32,000 nucleotides of DNA from Methanothermus fervidus DSM 2088 (GTDB taxonomy: Archaea > Methanobacteriota > Methanobacteria > DSM-2088 > Methanothermaceae). Under the pieces are notes generated by a model. That model was not told where the DNA came from, did not search any database, and saw nothing but the letters and a program-made list of their open reading frames with translations. The position numbers were made by a program, and so were the translations under genes. Location of the stretch: positions 450,001-482,000 of the forward strand of contig CP002278.1 of the NCBI GenBank assembly GCA_000166095.1, read 5' to 3'. The first letter of the stretch is position 1; each line of letters starts with the position of its first letter. Below are positions 9,071 through 16,910 of the stretch, one piece after another.

Positions 9071-10025
9071 AGTCACGTCGAATACATGATAATACTTTAA
9101 ATAAGGTATTTGTTGGATTATTTGATTTTACATGTATTTTTCCATTTTTGGAAAGGATTACAACTCCTGAATCTAAGTATATTTTTCCCTTTTTTATAAC
9201 GTATCTTTCTTTACAATCTTTTAAATTAATTTGGTATGGTAGAGTAACAATCAATTCGTTGTTCTTTTGTTTAATATTATATTTCTTCTTATAACCTTCT
9301 ATATCCAATAATACTTTTTTAAATCCAAGTTTTTTCAATGATTTGCAAAGTTTTTCTAAGATTTTTTCATCAATATTAAATTTTTCAGCCTCAATCACAG
9401 CAATTCCATCAAGGTCCCTAACTCTGATATTTCCTGCAAAAAATTTCTTCACAATGTTTTCAGCCTTGTTTATTCTTTTTATTTTATTTTTAGTTAATTT
9501 TCCTTTTTTTACTCTTGTAGCAAGACATGTTGTGTCTTTTAAATGCCTTATATTTTTATTTTTTAAATATTCTGCAGCTTCATCATGAGATATTTGGGCT
9601 TCAACTAATGGACTCTTAATATTTTCTTCATAATTTGCCACAATTCCTGGCCTATCTTCCAACATATCAGTGACATTTGTTCCATCAATAATTTCAAATT
9701 TTTCTCCCACGAAATTTTTAATTAATTTATACATTCTTTTTTTACAAAAATAGCAGCGATATTTCTCATGTTGAAACCATTCATATTCTAAAAAATTTTC
9801 TTTAATTATTTTATGTTTAACTCCAATCTCTCTTGCAATTTTCTTTGCCTCAGTGATTTGATTTTTTGGAATTGCACCTATATCAACTGTCACTGCAATA
9901 ACTTCGTTAGAAACTTCTTTAGCAATTTTTAATAATAATGTGCTATCTACGCCACCAGAAAATGCTACAGCAATGTTTTTATTCTTTAATAATTCTTTTA
10001 GTTTTTTTATTTTTTTATCCAGCAT
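9063..10025 (-). CDS. PP-loop ATP pyrophosphatase of the LarE-like sulfur-transferase family, with a ~70-aa C-terminal extension
   Basis: SGGVDS PP-loop, then CYFC and TTCLATR cysteines (CxxC...C), as in LarE-type and Fe-S-dependent LarE-type enzymes. I favour the ATG at 10025 (GGTG SD, 11-nt overlap with the ycaO stop); the ATG at 10055 is an alternative. Confidence 0.82.
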   Translation of the reverse strand: MLDKKIKKLKELLKNKNIAVAFSGGVDSTLLLKIAKEVSNEVIAVTVDIGAIPKNQITEAKKIAREIGVKHKIIKENFLEYEWFQHEKYRCYFCKKRMYKLIKNFVGEKFEIIDGTNVTDMLEDRPGIVANYEENIKSPLVEAQISHDEAAEYLKNKNIRHLKDTTCLATRVKKGKLTKNKIKRINKAENIVKKFFAGNIRVRDLDGIAVIEAEKFNIDEKILEKLCKSLKKLGFKKVLLDIEGYKKKYNIKQKNNELIVTLPYQINLKDCKERYVIKKGKIYLDSGVVILSKNGKIHVKSNNPTNTLFKVLSCIRRDSI

Positions 10026-11214
10026 TAAAAGCACCGGATTTAGCTCTCTGCCCAACTCTTTCTGGATCTACAGTGGAAAGCTCAAGTCCGGGTATTATTA
10101 CACGTACAACCGGAACTCCTATTTCTCGTGTGAGATTTACTATAAATACATCTTTGAATCCTCTTTTTTTAAGTTTTTGTAAAACTATTTCAATATTCTT
10201 TTTTAAATTGTTTGAAGCTTCATTTTTTAGTTCTTCAATTCCAATAACGTCTTCAGGTTCTCTAAACCAATGATAATTAATTCTTTTCATTCTTTCATAT
10301 CCAATTCTTTCAACAAACATTTTTCTCATTTTGCTTTCTTCTACACCATAAATTTCTGTTGCCCTACTTTGTGCTACTTCTGTTAATGCACGCATCACTG
10401 CAATTTCTGGATCTAAATGTGATCCAAAACCTATAGTTAAAAGTCGTGGATCTTTTAAATGTATATCATCTGCTACAGCTGCTACAGTATGTACTTTTAT
10501 ATCGGAAGTTATATCTAACAATTTAATATCAATTTTAGCTTTTTTAAACTTATTTAATAAATTTTCAATCATTTCATTTTCAACATTACTACAATCAATC
10601 TTTTTTGCCCCCCTCCTACGAATTTCAAATAAACTCCATGCATCTCTTTCAATCACTTCAAATATGCCATGAAGTATTGCCTCTTCTATTACATTTCCTG
10701 AAGCTAATCCATTAGTATTAGATCTAAATAACCTAACAGAATTTTTCCTGGGATTATATGGATGATAAACAGCATTTGCAGGCACATAATATTTTTTATT
10801 ATTTCTTAAATTTAATGCAGCACACCATTCTAATTTTGAATCAGGTGAGATCCTTCCTGGTAAAATCAACTCATTAGGATCAATACATCTTTCAAGTTCT
10901 TCAGTTGTAGAAATTATTGTATTATCATTGCTTCTCATTTCAGCAGAATACCTTTCAATTGCTTCCATAATTACAGAAGCTTTCGCCTGTTCTTTGGTGA
11001 CACCTTTACCTTTATATACATTTATTGCACCTTTTTTTACTCCTGACCTAAATGCTAAAAATACAGGTATGCCAACTCTATCGATATTGGTTATATTTTT
11101 TATTTTTTTCACTCCAATTTCCTTAACTTTATCTTTAGTATACTCAATTGTTTTAGATGGGCTTACAATCCTATAAGAGGTTTCTTTGTATTCTACATGT
11201 AATTCATGTATCAT
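10015..11214 (-). CDS. ycaO: YcaO-domain protein (methanogen type, 'methanogenesis marker 1'; candidate McrA thioglycine-forming enzyme)
   Basis: About 400 aa with typical YcaO blocks (DRVGIPV, GKG.T..QA.AS..MEA.ER.S, SNTNGLASGN..EEA..HG..E..ERDA, C-terminal PG...). ATG at 11214 with AGGTGAG SD overlapping the stop of the upstream gene. Confidence 0.9.
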   Translation of the reverse strand: MIHELHVEYKETSYRIVSPSKTIEYTKDKVKEIGVKKIKNITNIDRVGIPVFLAFRSGVKKGAINVYKGKGVTKEQAKASVIMEAIERYSAEMRSNDNTIISTTEELERCIDPNELILPGRISPDSKLEWCAALNLRNNKKYYVPANAVYHPYNPRKNSVRLFRSNTNGLASGNVIEEAILHGIFEVIERDAWSLFEIRRRGAKKIDCSNVENEMIENLLNKFKKAKIDIKLLDITSDIKVHTVAAVADDIHLKDPRLLTIGFGSHLDPEIAVMRALTEVAQSRATEIYGVEESKMRKMFVERIGYERMKRINYHWFREPEDVIGIEELKNEASNNLKKNIEIVLQKLKKRGFKDVFIVNLTREIGVPVVRVIIPGLELSTVDPERVGQRAKSGAFNAG

Positions 11215-11223
11215 TAAACTCAC

Positions 11224-11811
11224 CTATACAGATATTGCAAATATTGCAAACAAGAATAATACAAATGCAAAAACAATTGTAAAGAACCATATTATGAAAT
11301 TCCAGCGAAAAACTTTTGAACCATCAAGTATACCAATTGGAAGTAAATTAAAAAATGCTAAGAAACTGTTTATTGCAAATCCAAGGTAAAATATTTCTCT
11401 AAAGAACCCTGTTTTAGTTAAAGCCAAAAACAATAGAGCTAAAAATATATTTGTTAAAGGTCCAGCTAAAGATATTTTTCCATCTTCATCTCGCCTTATA
11501 TGTCCTCCATAAATATAGACAGCTCCTGGTGCAGCAAAAACAATGCCTAAAAATATTGCCATCACAATTGCAAGTACTAATCCCTCAAACCATAATTTAT
11601 ATTCTGCCCAAAAACCATATTTTAAAGCTACAATTTTATGGGCAATTTCATGGAGTATAAACCCCAAACCCACAACAATTATCATTGCTGGAAAAATAGT
11701 TATCATGACATGCAAATTTTTATTACTCCAAAGATATGCAAAAATTGCTGCTATTACAATCATCGACAGAAGGAGTTCTTTAAGTTCTTGAGATGTGAAT
11801 CTTATTTTCAT
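11224..11811 (-). CDS. Site-2 protease (peptidase M50) family intramembrane metalloprotease, minimal form without PDZ
   Basis: HEIAH (HExxH) within a TM segment and the second S2P signature FFNLLPIGILDG (NxxPxxxLDG). Polytopic membrane protein. ATG at 11811, 7 nt after GGGGT. Confidence 0.85.
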   Translation of the reverse strand: MKIRFTSQELKELLLSMIVIAAIFAYLWSNKNLHVMITIFPAMIIVVGLGFILHEIAHKIVALKYGFWAEYKLWFEGLVLAIVMAIFLGIVFAAPGAVYIYGGHIRRDEDGKISLAGPLTNIFLALLFLALTKTGFFREIFYLGFAINSFLAFFNLLPIGILDGSKVFRWNFIIWFFTIVFAFVLFLFAIFAISV

Positions 11812-11814
11812 CAA

Positions 11815-12732
11815 TTATACCCCATTTTTACTTTCTAATCTTCTAAATCTTTCAGGTATTGTAGTTCTTGGAATATTTAAATAATATTCACTTGCCGTAT
11901 CTACTATTTCAATTGATATATCAGCTATACGTTCAAACGCCTTAACAACGCGTGCTAGAGATATGTAATACGTTGATTCTTCTTTATTTATAAATTTTGT
12001 TTCTGCCATTTCTATGGCTATTTGGTTTAGAGCTTCTTTTTGTAGTTTGTGCATTCTATCTTCGAATCTCATGATTTTATTCTTAAATTCCAATTTTTCA
12101 TTTAAGAAAGCTTCCATAGATAAATTAAGCATTTTATTTGCTAATTTAAACATGTCTTCCAAATATCCTCTTATAAATTCACCCACCGGTTTCTTCTCTT
12201 TTACAACGAAATCAGCAATTGTGCATGAGTGATCTCCTATTCTTTCAAGATCATATGCAATTTCAGCAAAAATCAATGTTTTGCTAAATTCTGAGTATGG
12301 ATTCAGTGCTAGTGCTGTCTCAACAGATGATCTAATTTTTTCATGCATGTTGTTAGTTGTGTAATCCATTTTAAGAGATTTTTGTGCCAATTCTTCATCA
12401 TGCTTTAACAATGACTCAAAAGAATTTTTTAATTGTTTAGAAACATGTTCTGACATTTTTCTTAGAATTTCTTTAATGAAAAAACTTCCTGGATGTTCAT
12501 CCTTTGCTTTATCCTCTCCAAAGACTTTAGAGAATTCTTCAAACTTTCCAATGTCTAATATATATGCCTTTTTTACAACACCTTTATTTATTAGAGGTTG
12601 TAAAAGTTTTGTTACATATCTTCTACTAATCCCCAATTTTTTGGCAATTTCTGCCTGTGTTGATGGATTTTCATAAAGTATGATTTTTAATAATGATTTT
12701 AATGTAGCATTTTTAGTTCTTTTTTTCTTCAT
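11815..12732 (-). CDS. PhoU-family protein fused to an N-terminal winged-helix DNA-binding domain
   Basis: N-terminus reads as an HTH (STQAEIAKKLGISRRYVTKLLQPLINKGVV). Two PhoU repeats follow, with the E(R)IGD-type motifs DLERIGDH and AFERIADI. I prefer the ATG at 12732 (GAGGGAG SD) over 12747. Confidence 0.85.
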   Translation of the reverse strand: MKKKRTKNATLKSLLKIILYENPSTQAEIAKKLGISRRYVTKLLQPLINKGVVKKAYILDIGKFEEFSKVFGEDKAKDEHPGSFFIKEILRKMSEHVSKQLKNSFESLLKHDEELAQKSLKMDYTTNNMHEKIRSSVETALALNPYSEFSKTLIFAEIAYDLERIGDHSCTIADFVVKEKKPVGEFIRGYLEDMFKLANKMLNLSMEAFLNEKLEFKNKIMRFEDRMHKLQKEALNQIAIEMAETKFINKEESTYYISLARVVKAFERIADISIEIVDTASEYYLNIPRTTIPERFRRLESKNGV

Positions 12733-13342
12733 TTTTTTCTCCCTCATCTATCTTAATTTCCACAGATTCTTTGAGGATATGGATTATAAGATAAAGGAGT
12801 AAGAATATTATAATGAAGCTTAAATAAGGGTATGACAATTCAAGGAAAGTTTTGATAACATCTGAAATACTGCCTCCAACATCGCAAAATCCTCTTGTTA
12901 ACATTATTAGTGAGACTAGTATAAGAAGATATCCATGTTTTTGTTTAATGTCACTCGGAAAAAACAGAAGATATAACCCCATAGCCGATAGTCCAATTCC
13001 AATAGACCTGAAAAGGTTCCAATTAGTTATTCCTTCAAGAAAATAGAAAATTTTTTCTGATTTCCAATAAAAGGGATGTAATACATATATTATTTCAATA
13101 GATAAAACTAAAAATAAGGGTATTGTATATACCACACTACTCTCTATCTTTTTTGTTCTTATGTTCTTCACAGGTTCTTTAAGAGGTTCTTTTATGTAAT
13201 GTGACAAAAATTGATATAACATAGAACCTAAAGCAGCTCCTAAAACTGTACCACCTATACCTAGCTTTATAGTGGTAAATGTCACAATAGCTGATATTAC
13301 TCCAGCCATCAATATATCAAATAATTTAGACAATTTAACCAT
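12713..13342 (-). CDS. Hypothetical polytopic membrane protein (209 aa)
   Basis: AGGTGA SD 5 nt upstream. About 5-6 hydrophobic segments and a charged C-terminal tail (EGEKNEEKKN). I recognise no family. Its 3' end overlaps the PhoU-like gene start. Confidence 0.65.
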   Translation of the reverse strand: MVKLSKLFDILMAGVISAIVTFTTIKLGIGGTVLGAALGSMLYQFLSHYIKEPLKEPVKNIRTKKIESSVVYTIPLFLVLSIEIIYVLHPFYWKSEKIFYFLEGITNWNLFRSIGIGLSAMGLYLLFFPSDIKQKHGYLLILVSLIMLTRGFCDVGGSISDVIKTFLELSYPYLSFIIIFLLLYLIIHILKESVEIKIDEGEKNEEKKN

Positions 13343-13351
13343 TCAATTCAC

Positions 13352-14134
13352 CTAGTAATAATAAACAATCTCAGCTTCTTCTTCTTTACTGATCCCATAT
13401 TGCGCTATGGTTTTTTTGACATTATTTTCTGTATTTATGAGATTAACATGGATTTTTTCATCAGTAATTGTAAGTTCATTATAAGAAGGAAAACTCTCAC
13501 CTCTTAATCTTCTAGTTGTCGCTGTTCCTGAATTTATGGTGGCCATTTTTTCAATCATCCATACGTTTGGTACATGTTTATGTCCATTTAAAACAAAGTC
13601 AACTCCGCAGTCAATAAGTAATTTTAATACATCCCCACAATCTAACAATATATTTCTTTCCCTACCAGTTTGTGGAATTGGCAGAAGATGGTGATGAAAT
13701 GTAACTATCTTAATAAATCCGTTGGGTATGCGCTTAAGTTTATCATGCGCCCATTCCATTTGATCAATCCCTATTTGTCCATCATCTATATCTGGTTGGG
13801 ATGAATCAAGGCCAATTATTGCAAATTCTCCACTTTTATCTATATGTAAAAATTTTCGATGTCCTATTAATTTTTCAAAATGTACTAATCCAACATTTCT
13901 TGCGTCATGATTGCCGGGAACAACATAAGTATCAGCAATATCGTTAAGCTCTTCTATAAATTCACTTGCTAATTCATATTCATATTTATAGCCATTTGTT
14001 GTTACATCTCCAGCAACTACAATAATGTCAGGGTTTATATTCTCAATCCCTGATGTCAAATTTCTTTTTAATTCAGAAGAAAAAGTTTTGTCACCAAAAT
14101 GGATATCTGATAAATGAATTATTGTTTTATCCAT
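13352..14134 (-). CDS. Calcineurin-like metallophosphoesterase
   Basis: Motifs HLSDIHFG (DxH), AGDVTTNG (GDxx), VPGNHD (GNHD/E), FHHH and NGHKH. I favour the ATG at 14134 (GGTGAT SD and a TATA at 14192-14199) over the track start at 14173. Confidence 0.88.
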   Translation of the reverse strand: MDKTIIHLSDIHFGDKTFSSELKRNLTSGIENINPDIIVVAGDVTTNGYKYEYELASEFIEELNDIADTYVVPGNHDARNVGLVHFEKLIGHRKFLHIDKSGEFAIIGLDSSQPDIDDGQIGIDQMEWAHDKLKRIPNGFIKIVTFHHHLLPIPQTGRERNILLDCGDVLKLLIDCGVDFVLNGHKHVPNVWMIEKMATINSGTATTRRLRGESFPSYNELTITDEKIHVNLINTENNVKKTIAQYGISKEEEAEIVYYY

Positions 14135-14191
14135 AAAATCACCTAAATCAGTAATCAATGAAAATTTATTCAACTATGTTTTCCACTTCAA

Positions 14192-14199
14192 TATTTAAA
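14192..14199 (-). promoter_or_regulatory. Candidate TATA box for the 14134->9063 operon
   Basis: TTTAAATA on the minus strand, about 58 nt upstream of the ATG at 14134 and downstream of the T-runs that follow tRNA-Thr. Confidence 0.35.
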
Positions 14200-14238
14200 T
14201 TTTACTTTCAAAAAATTGAGAAGTAGAAAAAGAAATTA

Positions 14239-14310
14239 AGCCTCGAGCGGGATTTGAACCCGCGACCTGTGCCTTACCAAGGCACCGCTCTACCCCTGAG
14301 CTATCGAGGC
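14239..14310 (-). tRNA. tRNA-Thr (anticodon GGU)
   Basis: The reverse complement folds as a cloverleaf: GCCTCGA/TCGAGGC acceptor, GCTC/GAGC D stem, GTGCC-TTGGTAA-GGCAC anticodon arm, GCGGG-TTCAAAT-CCCGC T arm. No encoded CCA. Confidence 0.93.
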
Positions 14311-14316
14311 ATACGA

Positions 14317-14400
14317 TGCAGGGGAGGGGATTCGAACCCCCGAAGGCCTAACGCCAGAGGATCTTAAGTCCTCCCCCTTTGACCACTCGGGCACCCCTGC
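14317..14400 (-). tRNA. tRNA-Leu (anticodon UAA), class II with long variable arm
   Basis: Reverse complement: GCAGGGG/CCCCTGC acceptor, GAGGA-CTTAAGA-TCCTC anticodon arm, variable arm TGGCGTTAGGCCTTC, GGGGG-TTCGAAT-CCCCT T arm. It is 6 nt from tRNA-Thr. Confidence 0.93.
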
Positions 14401-14534
14401 ATACATTACTAGTGTTAAAAACTATTTTAAAAATTTTTGGAGATTCTCAAGCTAGTACAGTTATTTGTCAGTACTAATATTTAAATTTAACCCTCACAAA
14501 ATACAAAAAAATTAAATTAAATATAAAATTTCTA

Positions 14535-15677
14535 TTAACTTGAAAATACTTCTAAAATCTTTGACACGCCCTTTCCAAGTTCTATATCAAATCCTAGTTC
14601 TTTCAGGGCTAATTCAATTGCAGATATGGTCACTGTTAATTCTCTTTGTGTAACATTTCCCATATGACCAATTCTGAAAATTTTTCCTTTTAAATGGTCT
14701 TGTCCTCCTGCTAACTCCACACCATATTTTTTACGTATTAAACCTCTAAATTCTTTGTCACTTGTTCCCTTAGGTAAATGAATGGCAGTAACAGTATTTG
14801 AAGAAACTTCTTCATCTGGAAATATTTCCAAACCTAAGGCTTTAACAGCCTTTCTAGTAGCAATTGCGGCCATTTTATGTCTTTTTATCCTATTTTCTAA
14901 ACCTTCTTCCTCAACAACTTTTAAAGCTTCATTTAATGCATATATTAAGGAAACTGATGGTGTATATGGAGTTTCAGGAGGTTTTAAACTTTTACTTTCT
15001 CTATATTTTTTTAAATCTAAATAATAAGTTTTAGAATCTGTAGACTCTACTACATCCCAAGCTTCATCACTTAAAGTTATTGCTGATAAACCAGGAGGCG
15101 CTGCTAAGCATTTTTGTGAGCCAGTTATACAAATATCTATGCCATAATTGTCTACTTCTACTTTATCGCCTCCGAGAGAAGATACAGCATCTACAATATA
15201 CAATGCTTCATGATTATTCAATATTTTACCGATTTCTTTTATTGGATTTTTAACACCAGTTGAAGTTTCATTATGAACAACAGTTACTGCTTTAATATCT
15301 TCATTTTCTTCTAGTGTTTCCTTAATTTTTTCTATATCTGCAGCTTTACCCCATTCAAATTTTAAAGGTATTGAATTACCACCAAATGTTGTAGTTATTT
15401 GCATAAATCTTTCGCCAAATTTTCCATTAACTATGTTTAAAATTTTGTCTCCTTCTTCCAATATATTTGCTAATGCTGCTTCCATTGCTGCTGTACCAGA
15501 TCCTGTAAGTATATATGATTCATTTTTTGTTTTAAAAATTTTTGACATAATTTCTGATGTTTCTTCTAAAATTTTACCAAATTCCTCTCCTCTGTGGTTT
15601 ACAATATTTTTTAACATTGCCTTAAGAACTCTTTGAGAAACGCCAGTTGGTCCTGGAATCATCAGTAATTGATCCAT
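14535..15677 (-). CDS. Class V pyridoxal-phosphate aminotransferase (serine-pyruvate / aspartate / phosphoserine aminotransferase family)
   Basis: N-terminal LMIPGPT, a TGSGT..MEA block and the PLP-lysine motif TGSQKCL. ATG at 15677 directly after GGAGGTG. The 56 upstream codons in the track ORF are not supported. Confidence 0.9.
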   Translation of the reverse strand: MDQLLMIPGPTGVSQRVLKAMLKNIVNHRGEEFGKILEETSEIMSKIFKTKNESYILTGSGTAAMEAALANILEEGDKILNIVNGKFGERFMQITTTFGGNSIPLKFEWGKAADIEKIKETLEENEDIKAVTVVHNETSTGVKNPIKEIGKILNNHEALYIVDAVSSLGGDKVEVDNYGIDICITGSQKCLAAPPGLSAITLSDEAWDVVESTDSKTYYLDLKKYRESKSLKPPETPYTPSVSLIYALNEALKVVEEEGLENRIKRHKMAAIATRKAVKALGLEIFPDEEVSSNTVTAIHLPKGTSDKEFRGLIRKKYGVELAGGQDHLKGKIFRIGHMGNVTQRELTVTISAIELALKELGFDIELGKGVSKILEVFSS

Positions 15678-15782
15678 ATTTTTTACACCTCCGAAGGTAT
15701 TTTGAAAAGCTAGATAAATTTTTGTAGTAATTTTCTTAATCAAAGAATTTAAATATTCCTCATCTAATAAAAGTTTTATGAA

Positions 15783-16481
15783 ATGAAAATAAAAACATGG
15801 ATGAAATGGTATAGAAAAATACTTAAAGATTTTGGATTTAAACAAGAGGAAGATGAAAAATCTGCAAAGTATCTAAATAAATTTTTGGAAAAACATTGTG
15901 CCTTAAACTTAGATGACTTGCCACACTCCAATACAGCCATTGTATGTGGAGCAGGTCCTTCAATAGAAAAACATGTTAAAATTGTTAAAAAAATTAAGAG
16001 CAAAGGAATTGTCATAGCAGCTGATGGTGCTACCACTGCATTACTTAATGAAGAAATAATCCCAGATATAATTGTTACAGATTTGGATGGATACATGCCG
16101 GATATAATAAAAGCCAATAAATTAGGATCAGTTGTTGTAGTACATAGTCATGGTGACAATTTAAAAAAATTGAAAAAATATCTTCCAAAACTAAAAAATA
16201 TAATGGGTACAACACAGTCAAAACCTCTCAAAAACGTATATAATTTTGGTGGATTTACAGATGGTGATAGAGCCGTGTTTTTGGCAATCAAATTGGGTGC
16301 TAAAAAAATAATTTTGGCAGGTATGGATTTTGGCGAAAAAATAACGAAATATTCAAGGCCTAAACTTAGTAGAGATGTAGAAGAGGCCGATGAGATAAAA
16401 AAACTAAAATTAAAATATGCAGAGAAACTCATAGAGTGGATTGTTGATAATAAAAATGTTGAAATCAAAAAATTAAGGTGA
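15783..16481 (+). CDS. mptE: DUF115-type protein, probably 6-hydroxymethyl-7,8-dihydropterin diphosphokinase MptE (methanopterin/folate pterin branch)
   Basis: VCGAGPS...ADGA...IVTDLDG...HSHGDN pattern as I recall it for archaeal MptE/DUF115. Assigned from memory of the family. The start codon (15783 or 15801) is unclear. Confidence 0.55.
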   Translation: MKIKTWMKWYRKILKDFGFKQEEDEKSAKYLNKFLEKHCALNLDDLPHSNTAIVCGAGPSIEKHVKIVKKIKSKGIVIAADGATTALLNEEIIPDIIVTDLDGYMPDIIKANKLGSVVVVHSHGDNLKKLKKYLPKLKNIMGTTQSKPLKNVYNFGGFTDGDRAVFLAIKLGAKKIILAGMDFGEKITKYSRPKLSRDVEEADEIKKLKLKYAEKLIEWIVDNKNVEIKKLR

Positions 16482-16485
16482 ATAC

Positions 16486-16896
16486 ATGAAGTTTGAATTT
16501 ATTGATGTAACTGCTGATGCAGGTTTTCATGCATATGGATCTACTTTAGAAGAATTATTTGAAAACGCAGCCTTAGCTTTATTTGAAATAATAACTGATA
16601 CTTCAAAAGTAAAGGATAAAGAATGTCGTAAAATTGAAATAGAAAGTGAAGACAAGATATCATTACTGCATGACTGGTTAGAAGAACTTTTAGTGACGCA
16701 TGAAATTGAAATGATGCTCTTTTCAAAATTTAAAGTTGAAATTTCTGATTGTAAATTACGTGGAATGGCATGGGGTGAAAAAATAAATCCAGATATACAT
16801 GAAATAAAATGTGAAGTAAAGGCTATAACTTATCATCTAATGAATATAACAAAAGAAAATGACAAATATAAAGCAACAGTAATTGTAGATATATAA
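16486..16896 (+). CDS. Archease (RtcB activator)
   Basis: N-terminus MKFEFIDVTADAGFHAYGSTLEELFENAALALFEI and the C-terminal KAITYH motif are characteristic of archease. It is immediately upstream of rtcB. Confidence 0.92.
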   Translation: MKFEFIDVTADAGFHAYGSTLEELFENAALALFEIITDTSKVKDKECRKIEIESEDKISLLHDWLEELLVTHEIEMMLFSKFKVEISDCKLRGMAWGEKINPDIHEIKCEVKAITYHLMNITKENDKYKATVIVDI

Positions 16897-16910
16897 AATG
16901 AGGGATAAAT

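Noticed and set aside
14447-14476. Hairpin TAGTAC-N12-GTACTA downstream of the aminotransferase gene as a terminator
   Set aside because: The stem is only 6 bp with a 12-nt loop. Archaeal termination does not require hairpins, and the nearby T-runs are sufficient. It is not distinctive enough to call.
15678-15845. N-terminal 56-codon extension of the aminotransferase ORF, and the overlapping 113-aa ORF 15776..16117 (minus)
   Set aside because: GGAGGTG plus ATG at 15677 matches the conserved family N-terminus (LMIPGPT). The extension would overlap the divergent mptE-like gene. The 113-aa ORF is antisense to that gene and has hydrophobic, low-complexity composition.
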